Numbered from the stretch's first letter, positions 20,363 through 31,089 are shown. The stretch: DNA of 64,000 nt from an uncultured bacterium (GCA_963700155.1 OY969472.1:2058-66057); one strand, 5' to 3'. Translations and numbers: made by a program. Notes: generated by a model not told the origin, from the sequence alone.

Positions 20363-21667
20363 ATGTTTATTTGTTCTAATTGTGGAAAAATTTTTACAAA
20401 ATGGCAAGGACAATGTGATAGTTGCGGGAAATGGAATACAATAATTGAAAACCCAAATATAGTAGAAAAAGGTAAATCTAATAGGAAAAAAAATACCTCA
20501 AACGCAAAACCTGTAAAACTCAAAGATATTGATAATAAAAATACAGCAAACCGAAAAGGTTATCTTAAAACTGGAATTAATGAATTCGATAATACAATAG
20601 GAGGCTCATTAGTTCCAGGTCAGGTGATTCTTCTTGCAGGCTCACCAGGTGTTGGTAAAAGTACTTTAGCCTTACAAATTACTCAAGCATTATCAAACCA
20701 AAATGTAAATATTTTATATGTTGCTGGTGAAGAATCACCCGAACAAATTAAACAAAGAGCAGATAGACTTGGTTTAAACTTAAATAACGTTTATTTTTTA
20801 CCTGAGAGTAATATAAGAAGTGTTGAAAACTACGTTTCTTCACATAGAGATAAAATTGATATTGTATTTATAGATTCAATACAAACAATGTATGAACCCT
20901 CATCAAATTCAAGTTCTGGTTCAGTTTCTCAAGTCTCTGAATCTACAAATACGATCACAAATTTTGCAAAAGGTTTCGGAATAACGACTTTTATTATTGG
21001 TCATATTACGAAATCAGGAGATATCGCAGGACCTATGATATTAGAACATATGGTCGATACAGTACTGTTTTTTGAAGGTGAAAGAAGGTTTGAGTTTAGG
21101 ATTTTAAGAGTTGAAAAAAACAGATTTGGTCCAACAGATGAAGCTGGAATATTTAGAATGACTCAAAAAGGACTTGAGGAGGTCAAAGATACTAAGGAAT
21201 TATTAAAAATTAATAAGGAACAGTCCAGTGGCTCTGCTTATAGTATTGTACTTGAAGGAAGTCGTCCTGTAGTGGTTGAGATTCAAGCTTTAGCAACAAA
21301 AACTTATTTTACAAATCCACGAAGGACGACTTCCGGTTTTGATACAAATAGACTTTATATTCTTCTTGCAATTATCGATAAAAAATTAAAGCTTAAAACT
21401 TGGGAATATGACGTTTATGTAAACATAACCGGAGGTTTAAAAGTTTCAGACCCTGCTGTCGATTTAGCAGTTATTCAAGCAATAATTTCATCAATAAAAG
21501 ATACAATTATACCAAAAGATAATATTTACTTTGGAGAGGTAGGACTCACTGGTGAAGTTAGGAAAGTATTCTTAGAGGATAAACGAGTAAAAGAAGCTAA
21601 AAGACTTGGATTTGAAAACTTATTTTCTTCTAAAACTATAAAAAATATTCAATCATTAAAGTTTTAA
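20363..21667 (+). CDS. radA: DNA repair protein RadA/Sms
   Basis: C4 zinc finger, G.PGVGKSTL, GEES, DSIQT, KNRFG, GEVGLTGEVR. Confidence 0.96.
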   Translation: MFICSNCGKIFTKWQGQCDSCGKWNTIIENPNIVEKGKSNRKKNTSNAKPVKLKDIDNKNTANRKGYLKTGINEFDNTIGGSLVPGQVILLAGSPGVGKSTLALQITQALSNQNVNILYVAGEESPEQIKQRADRLGLNLNNVYFLPESNIRSVENYVSSHRDKIDIVFIDSIQTMYEPSSNSSSGSVSQVSESTNTITNFAKGFGITTFIIGHITKSGDIAGPMILEHMVDTVLFFEGERRFEFRILRVEKNRFGPTDEAGIFRMTQKGLEEVKDTKELLKINKEQSSGSAYSIVLEGSRPVVVEIQALATKTYFTNPRRTTSGFDTNRLYILLAIIDKKLKLKTWEYDVYVNITGGLKVSDPAVDLAVIQAIISSIKDTIIPKDNIYFGEVGLTGEVRKVFLEDKRVKEAKRLGFENLFSSKTIKNIQSLKF

Positions 21668-21669
21668 AT

Positions 21670-24024
21670 TTACTTACCCCACTCCCAATTGACAACTTCT
21701 GGCATATCTTTACCAAATTCTTGTATATAACTTTTATGTTTCTCTAACTTTTTCTTGAAATAATTAACTAAAACATCCATTTCTTCATTTACTTTTTCTT
21801 TAACTTTCGATGCAGATCTAATTGCCTCAATACAAACATGAAATCTACTCGTACCATTCAAGACTTGCATATCAAAAGGAGTTGTAGTTGTACCCTCCTC
21901 TTTATATCCTAAAATCTTAAATCTACTAGAGACGTCAAATTTGTACAAGATTTCTTCTATTGCTGATGGGTAGCCATGAAAATTAAAAACTACATCTTTA
22001 TCTTTTGTGAATACTTTTACTAGATTGTCTTTAGAATCTATTGGATCATCAAAACTTCCAAGTCCTTTATAACTGAATTCATTAAAGTAAAGAACTTTCA
22101 CTTTCAATTCAGGAATCAAATCATTTAGTAAATCAACGGCTGCCAATGTTTCTAAATTTTGATACTCTCCGCAAGAAGCTAATACTACATCTGGATCTGC
22201 TTCATAATTGGAAGCCCATTCAAATTCAAGATATCCTTTTTGCACAAGTTCATTTGCTTCTCCTAGTTCAAGCCATTGTGGCATCTCTCTTTTTCCCATT
22301 GTTATTAAATTTACGAGATTTTTACTTGAAAGTGACTTATGTATAACACTTAGACTAGAATTTACATCTATTGGGAAATATAATCTAACAAAATCACTCT
22401 TCTTTGCTAACAAACTATTAATCAAAGTAGGGTTTTGATGAGTAAATCCATTATGTTCTTGTCTCCATAATGTACTAGTTGAAATCATATTTAAACTAGA
22501 TACCGATTCTCGCCAAGAGATAGATGATCTCTTTTTTAAATATTTAATATATTGATCTAATTGACTTGAAATTATATTAAGGAACGATTCATAAGATACG
22601 ATTAATCCATTCCTCCCAGAAAGAATGTAGCCTATCATAGATTGAATTAATACGTTTTCACTTAATAATTCAACTATTTGCCCATCATAAGAGAAATACT
22701 TATCCTGCTTTCTTAATGGCCAAGCATAAACCCTAGAGCTTCCTTCAAAAATATCATTTAAAAGATTAGATTCTGATTCATCAGGACTGAATAATCTAAA
22801 AGTTGACAATGATTCTTTATTGTTTGTAAAAATATCTCTTAAATATTCACTAATTTCTTGGGTCTGACTATCTGGTCTTCCACCTTTTTCAAATATTTTA
22901 AATTCATGATCTTGAAGATGAGGAAGTTTTAGATCTACAACTGGGTTAGATATTGATTTTGAAACACCAAGCCTATATTCATCTTTTGGAACTATTTCTA
23001 AAACTTCCTCATCAATAAATGATTCATTATCAAAAAGTTCTGATACTTTATAACTTTCCATCCATGATTTTAAAGCTTCGAATTCATTATCATCTTCTTT
23101 TACTTTTTGAAGAGGAATACCATGTGATAAATTATTATCTTCAAGGATTACTCCATTAACTTCTTTTGGACATGTCCAACCTTTCTTTGTTTTCAAAATT
23201 ATTATAGGCCATGAAGTTTTATCTTGTTTATATTCTGCCCAAATTTCTTTCACTCTATCTATTTTTTCAAAAGATTTATTCAACGCCTCTAAGAAATCGA
23301 TGTAAACATCTTTTGAAGTGTACTGATCGACAATAATCGGATCATAACCAAGACCTTTAAAGTATGCTGTAAGTTCATCTTTACTCTCAGTTCCATAGAC
23401 TGTAGGACCAGAAATTCTATAGCCATTTAAATGTAAAATTGGTAAAACGACACCATCTCTATTCGGAATTATAAATTTATTTAAGTTCCATGAAGCACAT
23501 AAAGTTGCTGTTTCAGCCTCTCCATCTCCTATAACACAAACAGTAGTTAAATCAGGGTTATCCATTACTGTACCAAATGCAGTAGATAGTGAATATCCTA
23601 ATTCACCTCCTTCTAAAATTGTTCCTGGGACCATTGGAGCACTATGACTTGGAAATTTACCAGGCCAACTGAAATCATGAATCAATTTCTTTAATCCCTC
23701 TTTATCCCAAGAGTACTCTGGATAAAATTCAGTTAATGTTTTTTCAATAAATAAATTGGACAGTAAAGATGGGGCACCGTGACCTGGGCCGGCTATATAT
23801 AATAAGTTTCTTGACTTAAGTGATTGCAATACATTTAAACCTCCATAAACAAAGTTCAGCCCAGGCACGGTGCCCCAATGACCTAAGATTCTATCTTTAA
23901 TATCATCTTTTTTAAGTTCATCTTCTAAAAGCTGGTTTTGCCTCAAATAAAGCATTGCCACAGAAATATAGTTTGCAAGTCTATGAAGTTTTTTATATCC
24001 ATTTAGTGATTTTTCAAAATCCAT
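21670..24024 (-). CDS. xfp: Phosphoketolase (XFP family)
   Basis: GHWGT.PG, GPGHG, EGGELGY, GDGEAET, HLNGY.IS, SPDE..SN, WRQEHNGFTHQNP, EEGTTTTPFDM. Confidence 0.95.
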   Translation of the reverse strand: MDFEKSLNGYKKLHRLANYISVAMLYLRQNQLLEDELKKDDIKDRILGHWGTVPGLNFVYGGLNVLQSLKSRNLLYIAGPGHGAPSLLSNLFIEKTLTEFYPEYSWDKEGLKKLIHDFSWPGKFPSHSAPMVPGTILEGGELGYSLSTAFGTVMDNPDLTTVCVIGDGEAETATLCASWNLNKFIIPNRDGVVLPILHLNGYRISGPTVYGTESKDELTAYFKGLGYDPIIVDQYTSKDVYIDFLEALNKSFEKIDRVKEIWAEYKQDKTSWPIIILKTKKGWTCPKEVNGVILEDNNLSHGIPLQKVKEDDNEFEALKSWMESYKVSELFDNESFIDEEVLEIVPKDEYRLGVSKSISNPVVDLKLPHLQDHEFKIFEKGGRPDSQTQEISEYLRDIFTNNKESLSTFRLFSPDESESNLLNDIFEGSSRVYAWPLRKQDKYFSYDGQIVELLSENVLIQSMIGYILSGRNGLIVSYESFLNIISSQLDQYIKYLKKRSSISWRESVSSLNMISTSTLWRQEHNGFTHQNPTLINSLLAKKSDFVRLYFPIDVNSSLSVIHKSLSSKNLVNLITMGKREMPQWLELGEANELVQKGYLEFEWASNYEADPDVVLASCGEYQNLETLAAVDLLNDLIPELKVKVLYFNEFSYKGLGSFDDPIDSKDNLVKVFTKDKDVVFNFHGYPSAIEEILYKFDVSSRFKILGYKEEGTTTTPFDMQVLNGTSRFHVCIEAIRSASKVKEKVNEEMDVLVNYFKKKLEKHKSYIQEFGKDMPEVVNWEWGK

Positions 24025-24099
24025 ACAATATTAACTGAATATTATTTCACTTATAGTCTACAATATCTAGTGGATTTAGAGAAGAATTTAAAGCATTTC

Positions 24100-24999
24100 T
24101 TATGTTAAATCACTCAAGTTTTTATTAACATTATCAAATTGACTTTTATTTATTATTAAAACTGCTCCATCTTTTTTTCTTGCAGCATAATAGTTGCCAT
24201 CACTTAAACTATAAATATCAAATCCATAAGAATTCCCATTTTTAAAATTAATTGTAAATGTTAAGTCAGGTTTCTTCCCTGTTAACTTTTTTGAATCATC
24301 ATTCGAAGCAAAACTTACACCACTAAAGTTTATTAAATTATTTAGGAAAGTATTAGTACTATCTTGATTAAGGGTTTTTGAGTTATCAGATAAAACAAAA
24401 GTACCGTTACTAGAATCAATTTCAAATCCTTTTGCAATAACTTTATCAAGATTATTTATATCCCCTGCAGATAAAGTCTTATCACGATAATCATTCAATG
24501 TTAAAGTAATACTATCAGTTAAATTTTTATCAACTAAATAAACATTTGCATCTCCTTCAGTTCTTAAATAATTTCCTGTTGAGGTTGCCTTTCCTAAAAT
24601 TATTGTAGTAATTTTATTTGTTCCATTAAATAAACCAACAGTTACACCATTAGCATCATCAATATTAAAAATTGAGTAATTTTCAGGATTTGAAGAAGAT
24701 ATATTTGTTACCTGTGCTGAAGATAAGCTATTCAATATTCCTTCAATTTTATTATTATCTGCATCATAACTATTCTTAAAGTTATCATCAGAAGCTTTCC
24801 ATTGATTATCAACTTTAGTAAGATCAATTGTATTTCCCTTATTAATTGAAATTTTATCAACCGAAGATTGTTGATCACTGCTTAAAAAAACCTTTGTAGA
24901 ACTATTAGATTGAAAATAATTTAATGCAGTAAGACCTGCAGCAATAAAAAATATAATTCCAAATACTATTAAAAGTCTTTTTAATTGATTATTATCCAT
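24100..24999 (-). CDS. DUF4340-like membrane-anchored protein associated with Gld-type ABC
   Basis: N-terminal TM, G.....G.Y.R......VYLV..., operonic with GldF/G and GldA homologues. Confidence 0.7.
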   Translation of the reverse strand: MDNNQLKRLLIVFGIIFFIAAGLTALNYFQSNSSTKVFLSSDQQSSVDKISINKGNTIDLTKVDNQWKASDDNFKNSYDADNNKIEGILNSLSSAQVTNISSSNPENYSIFNIDDANGVTVGLFNGTNKITTIILGKATSTGNYLRTEGDANVYLVDKNLTDSITLTLNDYRDKTLSAGDINNLDKVIAKGFEIDSSNGTFVLSDNSKTLNQDSTNTFLNNLINFSGVSFASNDDSKKLTGKKPDLTFTINFKNGNSYGFDIYSLSDGNYYAARKKDGAVLIINKSQFDNVNKNLSDLT

Positions 25000-25004
25000 A
25001 AATT

Positions 25005-27263
25005 TTATGCTAACTTATATTTTCTTTCTTGTCTTTTTCTTCTTAAATAAAATCGTAATACTCCAAATACAACAATAGCTGCAATTGGGAAGCCTATTCC
25101 AGCAACACTTAATGTTGTAGTCTGCGGGGAACTTAGAGATAGTTTTGGAGCTGTTCTAACTTTCGCTTGTATACTTGCAATTGCATCTGCTCCCGATAAC
25201 CACTCAATCGAACCTAAGCCAAATGCCATATTCTCACTTAGAGTAGATAAATTATAATCATCTGAAATTAGCTTAGAATCTCCTACAATAACTGCTTTAC
25301 CATTATTATTATTCTGAAGAGCAACTGCTAACAACTGAATTGAATCATCTTGTTTTGCATTCCAAGTTTGATCAGGAGCTAAATTATATGAACCACTAAC
25401 TTGAACATTTGCAGATCCGGAAGTTTCGATCAACTTATATACTGCTTCATTTGAAGTCTTACTTGTATTTATACTTATTGAACTTCCCCATAGGTAAGAT
25501 ACTTCTTTTACGTCTTTAAGCACTGAAATATCTGCATTTGTAGACTGAGCAACAACCCATAAAGGATAATTTATTGGGAATAAGTAACCGGTATTTACTA
25601 AATTATTATTCTGTAAGTCATAAACTAGATTTTGATTTACTGTTACTCCATAATCAGCAAATAAATCTCTTAAACTATTATCATTATTACTTGCTGTGAA
25701 AGACTGAGAATCAACTGTTACTGGATTTGTTAATAAAAATACATTTCCTCCATTTGAATAGAAATCTTTTATTTTCTTAATTTCGGTATCATTAAATTTT
25801 GCATTCGGCCCGTCAATAACTAAAGTTGTAATCTCTTTTGGGATATCTTTACTTAAATCAACTTGCTGAACATTAAAAAGCTCATTTATTTCATTTGTAA
25901 ATGACTTCATGTTTTGTGAGTCTGGAGTATAAGCCACATTTGTAGTTAAAAACCCAATAGTTTTTAAATCATTATTGGCAAGTTTATTAATTTTTTTTGT
26001 TATCTCATATTCAAGATTATTAAATATTGATTGGTCGTTCAAATCTAAAGATTCGGTTTTATCAAGGTATTTAAATCCTATACCAAAGTAACCGATTGCA
26101 ACTTGTGATGAATCTGAATTATTCACCTGGAATCTTATTGGACTAAGACCTGCAGTCGAAGCTTCGTTATTGGAATCTGAACTATCTGGCTGTTTGAATT
26201 GATAAGAAATCTTACCACTTGAATAAGTCTGATAATCCCTTAACAAATCTTGAACATCTCTGACCTGAGATTGAAATTCAATCGGTAGATTATTTGAGGC
26301 ATATAAAGTAATATTCAATACATCTGAAACTTTATTGACCACATCGACTGATGCATCTGATAATGTATATATCTTATTTGAGGTAAAGTCGATTCTTCCA
26401 GGAATAACCTGTCCAATATATCCAATTAGTAATGTAATTACAATAATGATTACCAAAGATACCCTTGCATATTGTAAATTTCTATTTCTACTAGGGAATT
26501 TATCTTTTATTATTAAATAATATGCAATGCTTAAAAATGCTGTAATAAACGCAATAAAATACAAGAGATCTCTTAAATCTAAAACACCTCTTGAGATCGA
26601 CTGATAATGTGAAAGTAAACCAATTCTTTCAATAATAAAGTCTATTCCTAAATTTAATTGTAATAAGTCAGAACCTAAAATTATAAATAATGCTGCTATA
26701 ACAAGAGTAGTCAAAAAAGCAGCTATTTCACTCTTTAATAATGATGAAACTGCAAGACCAACCGAAACTAAACTCATGCCAAGTACTAACGCACCAACAT
26801 ACTGCATAATAACTTGTCCAATATCAAGCTGGCCAAATGTTCCGATAGTTATTACTAAAGGTAATGTAAATATAAGTAAAATTGCAATGAATAATGAATA
26901 AGCAATAAACTTGCTTATTAATAGTTGAAATTCAGTAATAGGTTGAGTCAGAAGATACTCAATGGTTCCTGAAACTTTCTCTCTGGAAATGGAACTCATC
27001 GTTATTGCTGGAACAATTATTACAAATGTAAATGAAATATATGAGAATAAATTGCTTAAATCAGTAGTACCTACTTGTAAAAATTTACCTACTGCAAAGA
27101 ATAAAATCATTAAGACAATAACAAATAGAGCAATAATTATATAAGCTAGTGGTGTTGAGAAAAAATTAAAAAGTTCTTTTTTCACAAGAGTAAATATTAA
27201 TCCAAAGTTTACTTCTGGTATTTTTAAATGTGGTCTTTTTATTGATTTTATTTTATCTTTCAT
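25005..27263 (-). CDS. GldF/GldG-like fused ABC-2 permease and auxiliary component
   Basis: KEL..FF.TP.AY, E...GTIE.LLT.P, SRGVLD.RD..YF, RIDFT.NK.YTLS.AS, LEYEIT..I. Confidence 0.85.
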   Translation of the reverse strand: MKDKIKSIKRPHLKIPEVNFGLIFTLVKKELFNFFSTPLAYIIIALFVIVLMILFFAVGKFLQVGTTDLSNLFSYISFTFVIIVPAITMSSISREKVSGTIEYLLTQPITEFQLLISKFIAYSLFIAILLIFTLPLVITIGTFGQLDIGQVIMQYVGALVLGMSLVSVGLAVSSLLKSEIAAFLTTLVIAALFIILGSDLLQLNLGIDFIIERIGLLSHYQSISRGVLDLRDLLYFIAFITAFLSIAYYLIIKDKFPSRNRNLQYARVSLVIIIVITLLIGYIGQVIPGRIDFTSNKIYTLSDASVDVVNKVSDVLNITLYASNNLPIEFQSQVRDVQDLLRDYQTYSSGKISYQFKQPDSSDSNNEASTAGLSPIRFQVNNSDSSQVAIGYFGIGFKYLDKTESLDLNDQSIFNNLEYEITKKINKLANNDLKTIGFLTTNVAYTPDSQNMKSFTNEINELFNVQQVDLSKDIPKEITTLVIDGPNAKFNDTEIKKIKDFYSNGGNVFLLTNPVTVDSQSFTASNNDNSLRDLFADYGVTVNQNLVYDLQNNNLVNTGYLFPINYPLWVVAQSTNADISVLKDVKEVSYLWGSSISINTSKTSNEAVYKLIETSGSANVQVSGSYNLAPDQTWNAKQDDSIQLLAVALQNNNNGKAVIVGDSKLISDDYNLSTLSENMAFGLGSIEWLSGADAIASIQAKVRTAPKLSLSSPQTTTLSVAGIGFPIAAIVVFGVLRFYLRRKRQERKYKLA

Positions 27264-27278
27264 AATATTAATAAATAT

Positions 27279-28217
27279 TTAATTATTTTTAATTTGAGTA
27301 AGTTCTCTAAATAAATCTTCAAGATTTTGTTGTCTTACTGATAGTTCATAAATCATCCAATCATTCTTTTTTGAAATATCATTTATATCTTTTATTAATT
27401 TATCTAAGTTCTCTGAGGTAATTCTAAATTTTGCAGTTTTTCTGTCATCGTTAATTTCTGCAATACTATTAAATTTAAGTGATTTAAGATCGTTTTGTTT
27501 TACTTTTTTCCCAGAACTTTTCAAAGCTAAATAAACTTCATTAGTATTAAATCTCTTTTTTGTTATTGCATCTTTTGTATCGTCAAGAACTATTTTTCCT
27601 TTATTTATTATAATAATTCTGTTACACATTGCTTCAACTTCCTGCATAACATGAGTGCTGATTACAACTGTTCTATCTTTACCTAATTCTTTTATCAGGT
27701 TTCGAATTTCATTTCGCTGATTTGGATCAAGTCCTTCAGTTGGTTCATCTAAAATCATAATTTCAGGATCATGTACAAGAACTTGTGCAATCCCAACTCT
27801 TTGTTTATAACCTTTTGAAAGCTCAGAAATTGGTCTGTAAAAAACATCTTGAATTCCAGTTGCCTTAACTACATAATCTATTTTCTTCTTGTGTTCTGAC
27901 TTTGGAATTGAGTGAAGATCAAGTGCAAGCTTTATAGCTTCTTCTACAATCATTTCTTTATATAATGGATTATTTTCTGGCATATAACCGATTAGTTTTT
28001 TTGCAAACACCATATTATCTTTTACTTCCTTCTTCTCAATTGATATTTTCCCCGAATCCGGTATAAGAAACCCTGATATTACTTTCATTGTTGTTGATTT
28101 TCCTGCTCCATTTGGACCAAGTAATCCTACAACCTCTCCTTTATCAATCTCAAAAGATACTCCGTCCAGTGCTGTTAAATCACCATATTTCTTGGTAATA
28201 TTTTCAAGTTTAATCAT
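27279..28217 (-). CDS. ABC transporter ATP-binding protein (GldA-like)
   Basis: GPNGAGKST, LSKGYKQRVG, LDEPT.GLDP.Q, STH. Confidence 0.9.
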   Translation of the reverse strand: MIKLENITKKYGDLTALDGVSFEIDKGEVVGLLGPNGAGKSTTMKVISGFLIPDSGKISIEKKEVKDNMVFAKKLIGYMPENNPLYKEMIVEEAIKLALDLHSIPKSEHKKKIDYVVKATGIQDVFYRPISELSKGYKQRVGIAQVLVHDPEIMILDEPTEGLDPNQRNEIRNLIKELGKDRTVVISTHVMQEVEAMCNRIIIINKGKIVLDDTKDAITKKRFNTNEVYLALKSSGKKVKQNDLKSLKFNSIAEINDDRKTAKFRITSENLDKLIKDINDISKKNDWMIYELSVRQQNLEDLFRELTQIKNN

Positions 28218-28291
28218 AAATATTATTTAATAGTTATTAACATCAATATATCTCTAAATATAACACAAAGTTCTTACAAAACATTTACATC

Positions 28292-28789
28292 TCAAGCTGC
28301 CTTTTTTAGAATACCATTATTCGACAATAGTTCTGTGTTAATTCTTTCACTTGGCACGACTACATTTTGATTACCCTCGGGGCTTGTATAATAGGTTACA
28401 AATTCATTTGCTTTTAAGAAATCCAGTGCTTTAGTTAAATCTTCAATACTGAAACCTGGTTTATATTTATCAAATATTTCTAACATTTTTGAATGTTCAA
28501 CCTCATGTAAGTTTTCTCCTATACCTTGTTTAAATAGCAAAATCAGCCACAATAATGCCTGATCATTAATTCCTTCAGCATCAATAATTTCTTTCTGGTC
28601 TTGTTTAAGTTTAATATTCTCTTCAATTACTCTTCTATCAACCCCAAATGGATTATGTTCTGGAACTCTATAGCCTTCTTTTGCATAATCTCCTTTCATA
28701 AAAGGGATTTCACTATCAGTCATTCCTGGAATATTCGGATTACCCTTAACTGAACTTGGTCTTATTCTTCCTGTGTTTTGTGTATTCAT
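28292..28789 (-). CDS. Hypothetical protein (possible winged-helix C-terminus)
   Basis: 165-aa ORF; C-terminal helix then beta pattern (DLTKALDFLKANEFVTYYTSPEG..VVV) only weakly suggestive. Confidence 0.55.
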   Translation of the reverse strand: MNTQNTGRIRPSSVKGNPNIPGMTDSEIPFMKGDYAKEGYRVPEHNPFGVDRRVIEENIKLKQDQKEIIDAEGINDQALLWLILLFKQGIGENLHEVEHSKMLEIFDKYKPGFSIEDLTKALDFLKANEFVTYYTSPEGNQNVVVPSERINTELLSNNGILKKAA

Positions 28790-28816
28790 ATTTTTTTATA
28801 AATAATTAAAATATTA

Positions 28817-30625
28817 CTATTTTAATTTACCTAATTTTTTAGCTAATGTCTCTGTCTGAGTAAGTAATTCATCAATTTCGTTCAATCCTTGATACCAGAA
28901 GTTCTTTTTTGTAATATCTACTCCAAGTTTTTTAAATATATTTTTTGGAGATTCTGAACTTCCAGATTCGAAAAATTTAATAACTTTCTTAATAAATTGA
29001 GGATTTTCTTTTACAAAATGTTGTAATGATTTAGATATTAATAATCCGCTTGAATAAGAATATACATAGAAGAAACTTCGGATATGACTAATATAAAGCC
29101 ACCAATTTTCTGAACCAGGAGATTGAATAACAGAATCTCCCATATACTCTTCCATCTTTGTTTTAAAAATCAAGCCGATTTCCTTTTTAGATAAATATCC
29201 TTTCTCTCTAAATTGTTCATTAATCTCTTTCTCAAAATTATATATTCCAATTTGTCTGTGAATTGTTGAAACTTCCTCATTTAATTTCATCATATAAAGG
29301 GTGAGTCTTAGTTCATCATCAGCATCTTTTAATAATTCCTGCAGAACAAAATCTTCCATAAAAGTGCTTGATACTTCTGCAGTTGAAACTGGTGCGAATG
29401 CATATAAAGTATTCTGTTTTTTCATTAAAGTATGATGTACACCATGTCCCATTTCATGAGCAAAAGTTAATACATCATTAAGTTTATTTGTATGATTAAG
29501 CATAACAAAGACTGGAAGTTCTTTTCCTCCTTCAGTACAAAAGGCACCACTTGCTTTTCCTTTTTTTGGGAAAACATCTACTCTCCCCTCATCTAGAAAA
29601 CTTTGGAATATATCGAACAGCAATGGATCTAGTTTTCTAAAGACATTACCTACTAGATTAACAGTTTCATCAAAATTATATTTTTTACTGATTTCTCCAT
29701 AATGGACGTTTCTTTCATGATATTCAAGTTTATCCTTTCCCAAAAGTCTGGCTTTAAGTTTATAATATTTTCTTGAAGTCTCAAATTTCTTTACTACTGA
29801 TTCTCTAAGTGATTCTACAACTTCAATATCCATATCATCATCAAGAAGTCTTGCTTGTTCGGGAGTTTTATAATTTCTTAAAGTATCATTAATTTTTTTA
29901 TTTTCAAGAACTGAATTAAGTTCATGCTCTCCAACATCAATCCATTTTTCAAAAATTTCATTTAATGCTAAAGCTGCAGAATCTCTTACCTTTTGTTTCT
30001 TATTATCTATTAATGAAATTATTTCACTAAAACTTTTCTTTTCTTTTTTACCCTCTTCTGTAAAAACAACTTTTTCTTCTTTTGATAAGAACTCTTCGGT
30101 CATTTGAACCCAATTATAATAAGATACTTTCGACTTTAGATTCATGATTTTCTCTTGGTCTTCTGTTAGAAGATGGTTAGCCTCTAAAAAAAGCCTTTTA
30201 AGAAAATGTTTATATTTTTTTAGCTCTGAGGAATTTAAAAATTTAGATTGTTGCTTTTTGTCTATTGTCGCAATTCGATGTGCAAAAAATTGAATATCAT
30301 TTTCAATTTTTTGCCCCATTTCTATTACTTTATTTAATTTTGCTTTTATTTCTGTATTCTCTTGATCTAAAACTGAACTCAACCATAAGTAATAACCTTC
30401 ATTACCATCACTTCCAAATTTAGCTAGCCATTTCTCATATTCTTCTAATGCTTTAGCAAGCACTTTAGGATTCTTTAAGTAATCATCTCTATCTTTCCAT
30501 TTATTGATAAATTCATAACTTTTTTTCTTTACAATTTTTCTATCTTTTTCAATTTTAGGGTCGTCTATATTTTTGTAGAAGATTTCTAAATTCCAAGAAG
30601 TACTCAATTTCTTTTCTTTTTTCAT
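28817..30625 (-). CDS. pepF: Oligoendopeptidase F (M3B peptidase)
   Basis: W.L..FY N-terminus, K.SGAFC, TFAHEMGH, AE..S.F.E, H....FYVYSY. Confidence 0.9.
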   Translation of the reverse strand: MKKEKKLSTSWNLEIFYKNIDDPKIEKDRKIVKKKSYEFINKWKDRDDYLKNPKVLAKALEEYEKWLAKFGSDGNEGYYLWLSSVLDQENTEIKAKLNKVIEMGQKIENDIQFFAHRIATIDKKQQSKFLNSSELKKYKHFLKRLFLEANHLLTEDQEKIMNLKSKVSYYNWVQMTEEFLSKEEKVVFTEEGKKEKKSFSEIISLIDNKKQKVRDSAALALNEIFEKWIDVGEHELNSVLENKKINDTLRNYKTPEQARLLDDDMDIEVVESLRESVVKKFETSRKYYKLKARLLGKDKLEYHERNVHYGEISKKYNFDETVNLVGNVFRKLDPLLFDIFQSFLDEGRVDVFPKKGKASGAFCTEGGKELPVFVMLNHTNKLNDVLTFAHEMGHGVHHTLMKKQNTLYAFAPVSTAEVSSTFMEDFVLQELLKDADDELRLTLYMMKLNEEVSTIHRQIGIYNFEKEINEQFREKGYLSKKEIGLIFKTKMEEYMGDSVIQSPGSENWWLYISHIRSFFYVYSYSSGLLISKSLQHFVKENPQFIKKVIKFFESGSSESPKNIFKKLGVDITKKNFWYQGLNEIDELLTQTETLAKKLGKLK

Positions 30626-30699
30626 AAATCATATTTTATAAACAATTTTTTGATTATATAACGAGAAATATGAAATTGGTATGAAAAACTATCTCTTTA

Positions 30700-30728
30700 T
30701 TGAAAATATAAGTACTATAAATTATAAT
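30700..30728 (+). promoter_or_regulatory. Sigma70-type promoter for the repeat-tRNA transcript
   Basis: TTGAAA (30700-30705), 17-bp spacer, TATAAT (30723-30728). Confidence 0.75.
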
Positions 30729-30742
30729 AATCATGCTCTAAG

Positions 30743-30979
30743 CCGAATATAGTAAAATGGTCATTTAAAGTGATGCTTTTGAAAAAAGCATTTAAGAACA
30801 TGTTTATTCTTAACTTACAATGACCGATCTTAGTAGTTTTACAATTAACGCGGGTATAGTATATCGGTCATTTAAAGTTATGCTTTTGAAGAAAGCATTT
30901 AAGAAAAAGTTTGTTCTTTACTTGCAATGACCGATCTTAGTAGCTTTACAATTAATGCGGGTATAGTATATCGGTCATT
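30743..30979 (+). repeat. Tandem 107-bp units, each beginning with a copy of the tRNA-Gly 5' 23 nt and containing internal inverted repeats
   Basis: Units start at 30743 (degenerate) and 30850; the tRNA starts at 30957. gcgggtatagtatatcggtcatt is identical in unit 2 and the tRNA. atcggtcatt/aatgaccgat inverted repeat encloses two small hairpins. Confidence 0.92.
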
Positions 30980-31028
30980 ATATTGGTTTTCCAAACCAAG
31001 GAGGCGGGTTCGATTCCCGCTACCCGCT
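30957..31028 (+). tRNA. tRNA-Gly(TCC), CCA not encoded
   Basis: Cloverleaf: gcgggta/tacccgc acceptor, ttggt-tttccaa-accaa anticodon arm, gcggg-ttcgatt-cccgc T arm, discriminator T; 72 nt. Confidence 0.96.
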
Positions 31029-31089
31029 TTTTTCATAAAACTCTTTCCTGGTAAGCAATGTAATTTCTACTAGTAATGGGCTGATCGAA

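Noticed and set aside
30957-31028. UGA=Gly recoding (code 25) suggested by a CPR-like genome with tRNA-Gly
   Set aside because: Anticodon is TCC, long genes are intact under code 11, and TGA serves as a normal stop (e.g. rsmE and the ATGA overlap at 34420-34423).
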